From: Bdellovibrionales bacterium
GTDB lineage: Bacteria; Bdellovibrionota; Bdellovibrionia; Bdellovibrionales; UBA1609
Length of the DNA stretch: 64,000 nt
Reading direction: 5' to 3'
Assembly: GCA_965219095.1 (NCBI GenBank)
Contig: CBDCMT010000001.1
Location: 1,088,001 to 1,152,000, forward strand
Part shown: positions 10,024-20,355 of the stretch, piece by piece
How positions within the stretch are numbered: the stretch's first letter is position 1
Layout of the letters: each line of letters opens with the position of its first letter
Made by a program: the position numbers and the translations under genes
The notes under the pieces: generated by a model
The model's database searches: none
Seen by the model: only the letters and a program-made list of their open reading frames with translations
Told to the model about the DNA's origin: nothing

Positions 10024-11991
10024 TTAGTTTTGGCATAAATATTTATTTCCTAATTTTAAACTAAAATTAACAGGATCAAGATTATCTCCTTTAATAATAT
10101 CAGAAATGGAAACGAATCTGTTAACCCAGATGATGTACTGTTCTCCTTTTTTTATATTGAAGCCTTCTAAGTCAACTCTTGTTTTATTTTTTCTTTCACC
10201 TACAAGGCACCAATCCTTTATAAGTCTTTTTTCTGGTAAGTGTTGTGGGCATGTTGTATCATTATTTTTTCTTAAAAGATAAAGACTTAAATTATTATTG
10301 CTATTTTCAAGTTCAAGAAAAAAAGAGAGGTTTTTTTCTGGTGTATAGATATCTGGTGTATAGATAAAAAAGAGGTTGTTTTGTGGATGTGTGTACTCCC
10401 AAGCTTCTTGTTGTTTTTCAGGGCTTAAGGGGAGATCTGTTGAAAGATAAGGAACACCTTCTATTTCTATAGAAGAAGGACAAGAAGAGGAAGAGGGGAA
10501 AAAAGATTTAAAATAGGGAGTTTGATCTTGTTTTTCTTCTGTCAGGAAGTTTTGAATTTCAACATTTACAGATGTTGAACATGAAGCAATAGAATCTGTT
10601 TTAAAAAAAATTAAATAAGACTTAAGAAAGTGGCTGAAATCTATATAGTCTTTTGAATTCTTTAATTCTCTTAAAGCTGAATAAATTCTTAGATAGGATT
10701 TTCTTTTATCATCAGGAGTGTTTCCCTCTATTTTGTACATTTTCCACAAGGTGCGTGTTATAGAAGTTTCTCTATAATTTCCTTCTCCCTCCACTTCCAT
10801 TCTAGGAATATCAATCTCTCCCCAATATTCAACCGATTCTTTTAAAACGTTTTCTTTTGTAGAAAAAGTTAACCTCAACGAATCCTCTCCTCCCAGAAAG
10901 TCTATATAATAAGGAAAATCTTCTCCCCTTTTGTCAGTTAGTGTGAAAATAGAGAAGAAATCACTCATAGCCTCACTATAAGCCAATCTAGGGTCAAAAG
11001 TTCCCCCTCTATCATGAGACCCACCTGGGCTTGATGTTTTAGAAAGAAAATAATCAAGATAATGCCAGTACTCATGAAGGATGACAGAATCATCAAAATG
11101 ATCTGTATCAGCTTCTTTGGTATCTCCAGAAATTCCTCCTAAAATAAACATACGTTTTTCTTTATAAGAATTAATCACAAAACTAACTCCTAAGTCTTCT
11201 ACACTATAATAAAAGTTAGGATTAAAACCATAATCCCAATAAACACCTAAAAAACTATCAAGAGAGCTGGGGATACTAAAACTTGAAGCCTTACAGTATG
11301 TAGAGTTAGTCTGATTAGAATTAGAACAGTCACTGGGAGGATCTCTAGTGACTTTCATAAGGATGTCGTTAGCTGTTAGGAGGAGGTTAAAAATATGAAA
11401 AGCTCCTGTGGTTTGTTCTTCTTCTAAAGTAAGATTCAACTCCCCTTTATCTTGATGGAGGCTGAAAGTTTCTGAAACAAAAGTATAAGGTTTTTGTTCT
11501 TCAGGACAGTTGAAAATGGCAAAATTTCCTTTGCTTCTTTCTACTTGTGTTCTCACCTCAAGGGTGTACTTATTTTTTTCATCAGGATCTTTAGGAACTG
11601 TAAAACTAAAGTTTCCGTTCTCTTTAGTGTAGGCATATTGTATTTCACTTGTGTTGTTGTTGTTTGTGTTATAGGACTTCACAATCAAAAGAGCATGGCG
11701 GATGGGTCTTATTTCTTCATCAAAACTTTCAGCCTCCATTTTAATAACTTTAGCTTTATATTCTGCTCTTCCTGAAAGTATGACAGTGGGAAAACTTAAT
11801 GTTTTAGGGACTTTAAAGTATTTAGAAGAATCTGTAATAATGTTCTCATGAGGACTTCTTCTTTCTTTACAAGAATATGAGGAGAGGATTGTAACAATTT
11901 TTTTTTTGTTACAAGCTGTAAGAAGACTTAAGGCTAGTATTAAAGAGATACTTTTCATCATGAATTTATCGTAAAAACGCACACTTTTCAT
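10024..11991 (-). CDS. Lipoprotein zinc metalloprotease (gluzincin-like)
   Basis: Lipobox LLTAC; HEYWH plus downstream AYSEAMSDFF. True start is probably MMKSISL. Confidence 0.75.
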   Translation of the reverse strand: MKSVRFYDKFMMKSISLILALSLLTACNKKKIVTILSSYSCKERRSPHENIITDSSKYFKVPKTLSFPTVILSGRAEYKAKVIKMEAESFDEEIRPIRHALLIVKSYNTNNNNTSEIQYAYTKENGNFSFTVPKDPDEKNKYTLEVRTQVERSKGNFAIFNCPEEQKPYTFVSETFSLHQDKGELNLTLEEEQTTGAFHIFNLLLTANDILMKVTRDPPSDCSNSNQTNSTYCKASSFSIPSSLDSFLGVYWDYGFNPNFYYSVEDLGVSFVINSYKEKRMFILGGISGDTKEADTDHFDDSVILHEYWHYLDYFLSKTSSPGGSHDRGGTFDPRLAYSEAMSDFFSIFTLTDKRGEDFPYYIDFLGGEDSLRLTFSTKENVLKESVEYWGEIDIPRMEVEGEGNYRETSITRTLWKMYKIEGNTPDDKRKSYLRIYSALRELKNSKDYIDFSHFLKSYLIFFKTDSIASCSTSVNVEIQNFLTEEKQDQTPYFKSFFPSSSSCPSSIEIEGVPYLSTDLPLSPEKQQEAWEYTHPQNNLFFIYTPDIYTPEKNLSFFLELENSNNNLSLYLLRKNNDTTCPQHLPEKRLIKDWCLVGERKNKTRVDLEGFNIKKGEQYIIWVNRFVSISDIIKGDNLDPVNFSLKLGNKYLCQN

Positions 11992-12053
11992 AAGAGATAA
12001 AGGACTAGTTTTAAACTCTTGTGAAAATAAGGTGTTTCGTAGTAAAGTTAAGT

Positions 12054-12332
12054 ATGGTTCAAGGCTTTAATACAGACATTGATTTAGGAAATATAAAATA
12101 CCATGTTCAAACAGAGGATTGGGGTGTTGATCACCCCTATTTTATCACGTCTATTTTTAAAGCTGGTATTCTTTTAAAATCTATTAAAGTTGCCTATAGG
12201 GATGTTTTTGAAACCAGTGATGATATTGATTTTATTCAAGTGCGTTCTGTATTAAAAACACAACACAGCTACGTTCTCAATTGGGTTCGAAATCAATTTG
12301 AACAACAGAACATGGGAAGAAGGGATTTGTGA
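12054..12332 (+). CDS. Conserved hypothetical protein (GFNTDI...YHVQTED type)
   Basis: Motif recalled from small deltaproteobacterial/Bdellovibrionota proteins; ATG at 12054. Confidence 0.65.
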   Translation: MVQGFNTDIDLGNIKYHVQTEDWGVDHPYFITSIFKAGILLKSIKVAYRDVFETSDDIDFIQVRSVLKTQHSYVLNWVRNQFEQQNMGRRDL

Positions 12333-13104
12333 AGTTTGGTTTGTTTAGTTCTTTTCTCTTTGTAAGTGCCTTTAGCTTTGCAGAAAGTGTTAGTATCTTA
12401 CAAAAAAAACTCTTTGAAACCAAAAAAACTCTTTACAAATTCTCTCAAGATTTAAAGTCTGATCTTTTTGTATTGGAGCTTGTAGAGCATCAGATAGGAG
12501 ATGTCAAAAGTAATCTCTTTCATTTCAAACAGCAAAAAAAAAACTAGATAGTCACAATCAAAAAAGTTTAGAAAGAAGTTTAATTTTAAAAAAAGAATAT
12601 TTGCTATCTGAAATAAAGAAGAAAAGAAAATACATGAAAACTCTTCAAAAGAAAAAAAAGAATCTTATTGACCTTTTGAGTCAAAAAAGAAAGAAGAAGA
12701 AAGAACTTCTCCCTCTTTCCTTTGATGAAGCTAAGGGTCTTCTTTCTCATCCTTGTCAGTTTTGTGTTGTAAGAAAAAGATTTGGTTTTCGAGAGTACTT
12801 CCATTCTATTCTTATACCCTATAAAGGAATCCGTTATCGTTTGCAAAAAAACGATCAAGCAAGAAGTGTTTTTAGAGGAAAAGTTATGTGGGTTGAAGCT
12901 ATTAAAGGTTATGGCAAAACAATAATTTTAAAACACTTAAGCAACTATTATACAGTTTATGCAGGACTTAAGTCCATTAACGTAGTAAAAGATCAACTTG
13001 TTGCAAAAGGGCAAACTTTAGGCCAAATTAGAGGAGAATTATATTTTGAACTTAGAGAATTTGATGAAGCAGTTGACCCTCTTCTGTGGTTTCAGAGACA
13101 ATAA
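12329..13104 (+). pseudogene. envC: EnvC-like M23 murein hydrolase activator, split at an A10 run
   Basis: Signal peptide and coiled coil in 12329-12547; M23 domain (GYGKTIILKH...LYFELR...VDPLLWF) in the frame open from 12541; upstream of ctpA. Confidence 0.7.
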
Positions 13105-13109
13105 AGAAT

Positions 13110-14408
13110 ATGAAAAACATTTTTAAAATCATATTTATGATCAGCTTTTTGAGTTGTGCTTTCATCTTCCATAGACCTCTTTTATTGTGGGCTAAAGATA
13201 AATATACAAGATTTAAAACGATTACGGAAGTTTTGAATTTAGTCGAAAACAACTATGTTGAAAAGGTTAATATTGATAAACTGTTAGTCGGTGGCATCAA
13301 AGGTATTCTCAGTGAACTGGATCCTCATACTACTTTTTTGACCAAAAAAGCTTTTGAACGATTTCAAGATGACTCCACAGGAACATATGGAGGTTTAGGA
13401 ATTAACATTACTTTGAGGGAGAAGTTTATTATAGTGATTGCCCCCATTGAAGATAGCCCCGCATGGAAGGCCGGTGTAAAAGCAGGAGATAAGATCATAG
13501 GGATTAACAAACAAAGTATTGAAGGTCATAACCTTTCTCAAGTTTCTGAAAAACTAAAAGGAAAGCAGGGTACAAAGGTCACATTAACAATTTTAAGAAA
13601 GGGACTAAAAAACCCTAAATTCATTACCATTAAAAGAGGAAAAATTTTTCTTAAGTCAGTCAAATACAAAAGCTTAGGAGATGGTTATGTTTATATAAGA
13701 ATTACAAGTTTTATTAATAAAACAACAAAAGATTTAAAGAGAGTTTTAAGAAAATATATGAAAAAAAATAAAACAATTAAGGGGCTTGTTTTAGATCTTA
13801 GAAACAACCCTGGAGGTCTTTTGAGCCAAGCCATAAAAGTCAGTGATCTTTTCTTAGATAAAGGTGATATTTTATCTACAATAGGGAGAGATAAACAAGT
13901 TAAAAAAACAGTAAAATCTACAAAGCTTGGAACTTACAAAGGCTTTCCTATTGTAGTTCTCATCAATGCTTATTCAGCAAGTGCTAGTGAGATTGTGGCA
14001 GGAGCCTTGAAAGATAACAAGAGAGCTCTTCTTATAGGAAAGAGAAGCTTTGGAAAAGGCTCTGTTCAAACATTGATTGAACTGCATGACGGTTCGGCTT
14101 TAAAACTAACCGTCTCTCGTTATTACACACCTAAAGGAATTTCTATTCAAGCTGAAGGAGTAAAGCCCGATATAGAAATCAAACAAATTGATTTAACTAC
14201 AGCTTATGAAAAGGAAGAAAAAAAGTTTTCAATTTTTAGAGAGAACAACATAAGAGGCCATTTAAAAAAAGAAGATTCTTTAAAAACCAAAAACCACCAA
14301 TATGAGGTTTCAAAAAAGGTGCGTGAGTTACTCCAAAAAGATTACCAACTTTTGGAGGCTTATCGTTATGTAAAGGCTTTTAAAACCTTTGAGAGTTTTA
14401 GTCGCTAG
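13110..14408 (+). CDS. ctpA: Carboxy-terminal processing protease (S41)
   Basis: LDPHT, PDZ domain, DLRNNPGGLL, SASASEIVAGAL, FGKGSVQ. Confidence 0.95.
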   Translation: MKNIFKIIFMISFLSCAFIFHRPLLLWAKDKYTRFKTITEVLNLVENNYVEKVNIDKLLVGGIKGILSELDPHTTFLTKKAFERFQDDSTGTYGGLGINITLREKFIIVIAPIEDSPAWKAGVKAGDKIIGINKQSIEGHNLSQVSEKLKGKQGTKVTLTILRKGLKNPKFITIKRGKIFLKSVKYKSLGDGYVYIRITSFINKTTKDLKRVLRKYMKKNKTIKGLVLDLRNNPGGLLSQAIKVSDLFLDKGDILSTIGRDKQVKKTVKSTKLGTYKGFPIVVLINAYSASASEIVAGALKDNKRALLIGKRSFGKGSVQTLIELHDGSALKLTVSRYYTPKGISIQAEGVKPDIEIKQIDLTTAYEKEEKKFSIFRENNIRGHLKKEDSLKTKNHQYEVSKKVRELLQKDYQLLEAYRYVKAFKTFESFSR

Positions 14409-14436
14409 CCTTAATAAATGTGATAGTTGTAACTTA

Positions 14437-14566
14437 TACCATTTCCAAAAATTAATTCGACATTCTTTTAACGCATAGCCTCCTGGCTTTTTAATCAAAC
14501 TCTGTTAAATTTTTAGAGTGTTGAAAAAAGATTTATACCAATTACAGAAATTAATTCTACATTTTT
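14437..14566. mobile_element. Stacked IS630-A end remnants
   Basis: Left end matching 3856-3953, followed at 14536 by a copy of the right IR in the same orientation. Confidence 0.8.
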
Positions 14567-14596
14567 TAAAAAAACTTCTCTAACACGAAGCGGCGT

Positions 14597-14621
14597 ATAA
14601 TTGAAAGTTATTTTCAATTAT
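14597..14621. promoter_or_regulatory. Probable Fur box upstream of fur
   Basis: ATAATTGAAA-GTTAT-TTTCAATTAT palindrome ending 17 bp before the fur ATG; resembles TTGAAAATCATTTTCAA-type boxes. Confidence 0.65.
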
Positions 14622-14638
14622 GAAATAATCCCACTTAT

Positions 14639-15181
14639 ATGAGCGAAACAAAAAATGAACTTTTTCTGCCAGGAGGACTAAATGTTAGTCCTCCTAAGGC
14701 GTATAAATTTGACAAACAAGTTTATTCAGACAATGACTTGAAAGATATGATCAGGGAGATGGGTTTGAAATTCACCTCTCAGAGGCTTTTGATTTTAAAA
14801 ACGATCTTCTCTTATGATAAAAAGCACATTACAGCACAATCTCTTTTTGAGAAGCTGTCTGAAATAGAACCCTCCTTAGGATTTGCTACAGTTTATAGGT
14901 TCTTAAGAGTTTTAACCCAACATGGTTTTATGATAGAGGTGCGTATGGGGGCTATGCCTGCTCGTTATGAACTTACACCTCAAAAGCATCACGATCATTT
15001 AACTTGTATATACTGCGGGAAAATTGTGGAGTTTGAGGATGATCGTATTGAAAGACTTCAGGAAGAGGTTAGTCGGAAAAACAAATTTATCTTAGTTCAT
15101 CACATACTAGAACTCTACGGTGTGTGTGAAAACCAACATTGTAGAACAAGATACAAAGAAAAAAACTTATTACCCCATTAA
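14639..15181 (+). CDS. fur: Ferric uptake regulator family protein
   Basis: T.QR..IL, GFATVYRFL, HHDHLTCIYCG and C-terminal Cys pair. Confidence 0.9.
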   Translation: MSETKNELFLPGGLNVSPPKAYKFDKQVYSDNDLKDMIREMGLKFTSQRLLILKTIFSYDKKHITAQSLFEKLSEIEPSLGFATVYRFLRVLTQHGFMIEVRMGAMPARYELTPQKHHDHLTCIYCGKIVEFEDDRIERLQEEVSRKNKFILVHHILELYGVCENQHCRTRYKEKNLLPH

Positions 15182-15294
15182 AAAATAAAACATTAGAGAA
15201 CATGGAAAATATAGAAAATATAGGGAAAAAGGGTTTTATGGGGGGAGTAAAAAACCGCAATCTTAAAACTAAAAATAAAAAAAATATGAAAAAC

Positions 15295-17850
15295 ATGGAA
15301 AATAGAGGAAAAAAGATTTCTGTAAGAGGAGCAAGAGAACACAATCTTAAAAATATCAATTGCTTTTTACCTCGTGATAAACTGGTTGTAATCACTGGTT
15401 TAAGTGGCAGTGGAAAATCGAGCTTGGCTTTTGATACAATTTATGCTGAAGGACAGAGACGTTATATTGAAAGTTTATCATCTTACGCTAAGCAATTTTT
15501 GAAACAACTTAAAAAACCGGAATATGAATCCATTAAAGGACTTTGCCCCTCTATTGCTATTGAGCAAAAAACAGTCAGCTATAACCCTCGTTCTACTGTG
15601 GGAACAGTAACAGAAATTTTTGATTACTTAAGACTCTTATTTGCGAGGGTGGGAGAGCCTTTTTGTCCTAACCACAAAGAATCTCTTAAGGGTCAAAGTT
15701 TAGATGAGATTTTTAGCGACATTATGAAACTTTCTCAAGGAAGCAAATTCTTAGTCATATCACCTGTTGTAAGAGGAAGGAAAGGTGAGTTTTTTAACAA
15801 AGCCCAAGAATGGCTTAAGAAGGGTTTTCTGAGGGCACGAGTTGATGGTGTTTGGCTGGAACTTTCACGAATGAACAAGCTTTCAAAACAAAAAAAACAT
15901 AACATCGATATTTTAATTGATCGTTTGGTTATGAGACCAGAATACTCTGATCGTTTAAAAGAGAGTTTAAAATGGGCTACAAAACTTTCTGGAGGCTTTG
16001 TAGGAATAGAGCTTCTTGAAAAGAAAATAAAAAATTACTCTATAAAAAACTCTTGTACTTTTTGTGATTATGTTTGTCCTGATCTTGAACCAAGAACTTT
16101 TAGTTTTAACGATCCTAAAGGTATGTGTACTGTGTGCCATGGTTTAGGTTCTTGCAAACTTAAGATCTATGATAATAGTTATGAATATGAGGAGAATGAT
16201 GAAATTGATGAATTAGCTCTTGACCTATGTCCTACGTGTAGAGGTTATCGTTTGAATCAGTCTGCTTTGAATGTTTTTCTTCAGTCTCGTCATATTGGAG
16301 AACTTTCAGAACTTTCCTGTGATAGGCTTTTGAAATTTATGAAAGAACTTTCTTTTGAATTAAATGATCGTAAAAAACAGATCGCTGAAAAAATCATTGA
16401 ACAGATTGTTGTACGTTTGGAATACATGGTTCATATAGGTACTGGTTATTTAAGTTTGAACCGTCCTACTCGTACCCTTTCAGGAGGAGAAGGACAGAGA
16501 ATTCGTTTAACTCATCAACTAAGCTCTTCTATGAGAGGTATTCTCTATGTTTTAGATGAGCCCAGTATCGGTCTTCACCCTAAAGATCATTTTAAGCTTT
16601 TAAAAATCTTAAGAGAGATTCAAAAAAAAGGAAACACAGTAATCCTAGTAGAGCACGATGAAGAGACCATAAGGTTTGCTGATCATATTTTGGATCTAGG
16701 GCCTAGGGCTGGTTCTTTAGGAGGAAAACTTATTGCAGAAGGTAGTCTTCAAGATATTATGAAAAACAAAAAAAGTCTTACAGGACAGTATTTGTCAGGA
16801 AAATTATCCATTCCTATACCGAAAACAAGACGAAAAGCAAAACGATTTTTAGAAGTTAAAGGAGCTTCCGGCCACAATTTGAAGAATTTAAATGTAAAAT
16901 TTCCTTTAGAGACCTTTTGTGGTATTACAGGGGTGTCAGGAAGTGGGAAATCAACACTCGTAAGAGAAACCCTTTACAGAGTTTTAGCACGGAAGTTCAA
17001 GAAAAGCTCTTTTAAACCAGCTTCTTACAATAAGATTTCAGGTTTTAAAAACTTGGATAATGTAATTGAGATCAACCAAAAGCCTATAGGAAAAACCTCC
17101 CGCTCCGTCCCCTCTACTTACATAGGAGTTTTTACTCTTATAAGAGAGCTTTTCAGCCAACTTCCTGAAGCTCAGATGAGAGGGTATAAGACGGGACATT
17201 TTAGTTTTAATGTGTCGGGAGGACGTTGTGAAAAATGTTCCGGCCTAGGAGAAGTGAAATTAAACTTTCGATTTATGAGAGATTCTTATGTGCTTTGTGA
17301 TGAGTGTTCAGGCCTTCGTTATAATAGCGAAACTTTAAGCATTCGCTTTAAGGATCAATCCATTGCTGATATTTTAAAAATGACTGTAAAAGAGGCTTGT
17401 GATTTTTTTTCTCATCACAAATTGATTTATAAGAAACTTGATACTCTTCAGAAAGTAGGGCTTTCTTATTTAACTTTAGGACAAAATTCTGCTACTCTTT
17501 CAGGGGGCGAGGCTCAGAGAATTAAGCTAGGACGTGAAATTTCTAAACAATCAAAAAAACATACACTTTATATTCTTGATGAACCTACTACAGGACTTCA
17601 CTTTGATGATGTATATCTTCTTATAAAACTTCTTCATAGTTTAGTTGACAAAGGCCATACAGTTTTAGTGATTGAACATAATTTAGATATTATTAAAAAC
17701 TGTGATTACATTATAGATATGGGGCCTGAGGGAGGTGTTAAGGGTGGCTTTGTTTTAGCTGAAGGAACCCCTGAGCAAATTGTAAAAATAAAAAAAAGTA
17801 TAACAGCTCCTTTTTTGAAGCCTCTTTTTAAAATCAGAGCTTCTAAGTAA
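15295..17850 (+). CDS. uvrA: Excinuclease ABC subunit A
   Basis: GAREHNLKN, two Walker A motifs (GSGKS), two LSGGE signatures, zinc fingers. The ORF track starts at 15202; 15295 is the likelier start. Confidence 0.97.
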   Translation: MENRGKKISVRGAREHNLKNINCFLPRDKLVVITGLSGSGKSSLAFDTIYAEGQRRYIESLSSYAKQFLKQLKKPEYESIKGLCPSIAIEQKTVSYNPRSTVGTVTEIFDYLRLLFARVGEPFCPNHKESLKGQSLDEIFSDIMKLSQGSKFLVISPVVRGRKGEFFNKAQEWLKKGFLRARVDGVWLELSRMNKLSKQKKHNIDILIDRLVMRPEYSDRLKESLKWATKLSGGFVGIELLEKKIKNYSIKNSCTFCDYVCPDLEPRTFSFNDPKGMCTVCHGLGSCKLKIYDNSYEYEENDEIDELALDLCPTCRGYRLNQSALNVFLQSRHIGELSELSCDRLLKFMKELSFELNDRKKQIAEKIIEQIVVRLEYMVHIGTGYLSLNRPTRTLSGGEGQRIRLTHQLSSSMRGILYVLDEPSIGLHPKDHFKLLKILREIQKKGNTVILVEHDEETIRFADHILDLGPRAGSLGGKLIAEGSLQDIMKNKKSLTGQYLSGKLSIPIPKTRRKAKRFLEVKGASGHNLKNLNVKFPLETFCGITGVSGSGKSTLVRETLYRVLARKFKKSSFKPASYNKISGFKNLDNVIEINQKPIGKTSRSVPSTYIGVFTLIRELFSQLPEAQMRGYKTGHFSFNVSGGRCEKCSGLGEVKLNFRFMRDSYVLCDECSGLRYNSETLSIRFKDQSIADILKMTVKEACDFFSHHKLIYKKLDTLQKVGLSYLTLGQNSATLSGGEAQRIKLGREISKQSKKHTLYILDEPTTGLHFDDVYLLIKLLHSLVDKGHTVLVIEHNLDIIKNCDYIIDMGPEGGVKGGFVLAEGTPEQIVKIKKSITAPFLKPLFKIRASK

Positions 17851-17852
17851 AT

Positions 17853-18890
17853 ATGAAATATTACATTCATCAAATGGATCCTTTCTTAATACAATTCACA
17901 GATAATTTTGGAATCCGTTGGTATGCTTTAGCTTATATTTTGGCTTTTGTTGTGGGCTATTACTTCATGATTCATCTTGTAAAACATAAGAAAACGGTTT
18001 TAAAAAAAACTAAAGATGTTTCTGATTTTTTGACGTTTGTGTTTTTAGGAGTTTTCTTAGGAGGACGTTTAGGCTATGTACTTTTTTACTCCCCTGAAAC
18101 TTTCTTCCAGTTTTCATCTTCTTTTCCGTTTTGGGAGGCTTTGAGCGTTCATAAAGGAGGTATGTCCAGTCATGGAGGCTTTATAGGTGTTATTTTAGCT
18201 TGCTGTTTGTATGGTCGTTTTTTCTCGCTACCTTTCTTAGGCCTCTTGGATCTTTTAGCTCTGCCTGCAAGTTTAGGTTTTTTTTTAGGGCGTTTAGCAA
18301 ATTTTATTAACGGAGAACTTTATGGAAGGGTAGTGGAGAGTCCTTTTCGGTGGGCTGTTCAGTTTCCTTCAGAAATGTATGAATGGGTTGTAAGGGGTGA
18401 AAAAGAAAAACTCTATACCCTTTCTCATGCTGTTAAGGCTCTCGATCCTCATATTTTAAATTGGAAAGAAATAGTTTTTGAATTTCCTCTTCAAAATAGA
18501 AATTTGATTTTTTCTGCGGTAGATCGATTGATTAAAGCTTCACAATCACACAATGAAGCTGTGTTAGAGGCTCTCTCTTATGTCCTTTCACCTCGCTATC
18601 CCTCTCAACTTTATCAATCTTTTTTAGAGGGCTTTTTAGTGCTTTTAGTTTTGATGTTTGTTTGGAAAGTTCCGAGAAAGTATGGCGTTGTGGTTAGTGT
18701 TTTTGGCATAACTTATTCTCTTATGAGAATTTTAGGAGAAAATTACCGTATGCCTGATTCCCATATTGGTTTTGAGCTTTTAGGTCTGACAAGAGGGCAG
18801 TGGTTGAGTATAGGTCTTTGTTTAGCAAGCATAGGATTTTTACTTTATTCTTTAAAGACATCTTTGAAAAAACATGGAGGCATTTTTTAA
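17853..18890 (+). CDS. lgt: Prolipoprotein diacylglyceryl transferase
   Basis: IRWYAL, GGRLGYVLFY, GGMSSHGG, GRLANFINGELYGR, RYPSQLY. Confidence 0.95.
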   Translation: MKYYIHQMDPFLIQFTDNFGIRWYALAYILAFVVGYYFMIHLVKHKKTVLKKTKDVSDFLTFVFLGVFLGGRLGYVLFYSPETFFQFSSSFPFWEALSVHKGGMSSHGGFIGVILACCLYGRFFSLPFLGLLDLLALPASLGFFLGRLANFINGELYGRVVESPFRWAVQFPSEMYEWVVRGEKEKLYTLSHAVKALDPHILNWKEIVFEFPLQNRNLIFSAVDRLIKASQSHNEAVLEALSYVLSPRYPSQLYQSFLEGFLVLLVLMFVWKVPRKYGVVVSVFGITYSLMRILGENYRMPDSHIGFELLGLTRGQWLSIGLCLASIGFLLYSLKTSLKKHGGIF

Positions 18891-20222
18891 GTGTCCATTT
18901 TGAAAATACCAAACTGTTTTGATAGTCATGTTCATTGGCTTGAAACAGGAGCTTCAGCTCGTAGACTTAGTCTGTCAGGTTTGAAAAAGGCTGAAGATGT
19001 GAAAACTCTTGATATAAAAAAAGAAAATTTTTTAGGTCACTGGCTTATGGGGTTTGGCTGGGATGAGCATAACTGGCCTAGGAATAGTCAAGCTCATAGG
19101 AAGATTTTAGATGAAGTTTTTGATCATCCTGTTTGTTTTTACAGAACAGACTTTCATGCTCTTTGGCTTAATACCTTAGCTCTCAAAGAGGTGGGTCTTT
19201 ATGAAAAAAACTTGTCTCAAAAATTCTCTTTAGATAAAGGCAGAATTTTTGAAGATGAAGAGGGTTTGCCTACAGGTGTTTTAGTGGAAGGAGCTTTTTC
19301 ACTTGTAGAAGAAAGAAAACCTAAAGCGTCTTGTGAGGACATACGATGTGATCTTTTAAAAGGTATGGAGATTTTTAACCAAGCGGGGTTTTCTCATATT
19401 AGGGATTTTATGGCCATGGACACACCTTTGGAGCAAGCTTTGAAAATTGAAAAAGAAGGCCAACTGACTTTAGCGGTAGAGACGTATTTTTATGCTCAAG
19501 ATGATTTTGCACGAAGTTTAAATAAAGCCCTTGAAGTAAAATCAGAATGCTCTTCTGAACAGTTGAGATTCAAAGGTTTAAAGATCTTTTTAGATGGAGC
19601 TTTAGGTTTAGAAGGAGCTTATTTAAGTAAAAACTATAAGGATTCAAACCATTCAGGATTCTTATTGTTTTCTTTTTCTGAACTCAAAGAAAGGCTTGAA
19701 GTTGCTTGGGAGTACGACTTAGAAGTAGCCGTTCACTGTATAGGAGATGAATCTAGTCATCAGCTAGCTTTGGCTACAGAAGCACTTTTTAAAAATAATA
19801 AAAAAGGAAAGCTACATGTTGAGCACGGAGAAGTTTTAAGAAAAGAAACCATTCGATGTTTCAAAAAACTGGGAGTAAGAGTTCATATGCAACCTTGTCA
19901 TTTTCTTACTGATAAGAAATGGCTTTATAATAAGTTAGGAAGCTTTGAGAACGTTTTTAACTGGAGTTATTTAGAAGAAAAAGATGTTAAATTTGACTTT
20001 GGAAGTGATAGCCCTATTGAAAGCCCTTCTCTTTTTGACACTCAAAAAGCCCTGAAAGAAGCTCATAAAAAGGGAATTTTACCTATAAAACGAGACTGGT
20101 GGCTTTATCATAGTCATGAAGATAGTCATTGGGTTAGTGATACTTATACAGAGGTTGAAGATTTTAAAAAAATAAAAAGACTTGTTTTCAAAGGAAAGAC
20201 AGTTGCTTTCAGTATGATATAG
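18891..20222 (+). CDS. YtcJ-like metal-dependent amidohydrolase
   Basis: DSHVH, K.FLDGALG, VHCIGD, VEH, FGSDSP. Confidence 0.85.
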   Translation: MSILKIPNCFDSHVHWLETGASARRLSLSGLKKAEDVKTLDIKKENFLGHWLMGFGWDEHNWPRNSQAHRKILDEVFDHPVCFYRTDFHALWLNTLALKEVGLYEKNLSQKFSLDKGRIFEDEEGLPTGVLVEGAFSLVEERKPKASCEDIRCDLLKGMEIFNQAGFSHIRDFMAMDTPLEQALKIEKEGQLTLAVETYFYAQDDFARSLNKALEVKSECSSEQLRFKGLKIFLDGALGLEGAYLSKNYKDSNHSGFLLFSFSELKERLEVAWEYDLEVAVHCIGDESSHQLALATEALFKNNKKGKLHVEHGEVLRKETIRCFKKLGVRVHMQPCHFLTDKKWLYNKLGSFENVFNWSYLEEKDVKFDFGSDSPIESPSLFDTQKALKEAHKKGILPIKRDWWLYHSHEDSHWVSDTYTEVEDFKKIKRLVFKGKTVAFSMI

Positions 20223-20355
20223 ATACTCATAAACAATAACATCTTTTATACTGAGGGAGTCGGACATACTTTTGGCTCTGTTAATCGAGCTCAAAGGTGC
20301 GAGAAGGAAAGAAATTTCATAAGCTCAAAAATTGATTTTTGGAAATGGTATTAAT

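Noticed and set aside
15202..15294. N-terminal extension of UvrA
   Set aside because: Low-complexity sequence with a duplicated AACATGGAAAATA; homology starts at 15295.
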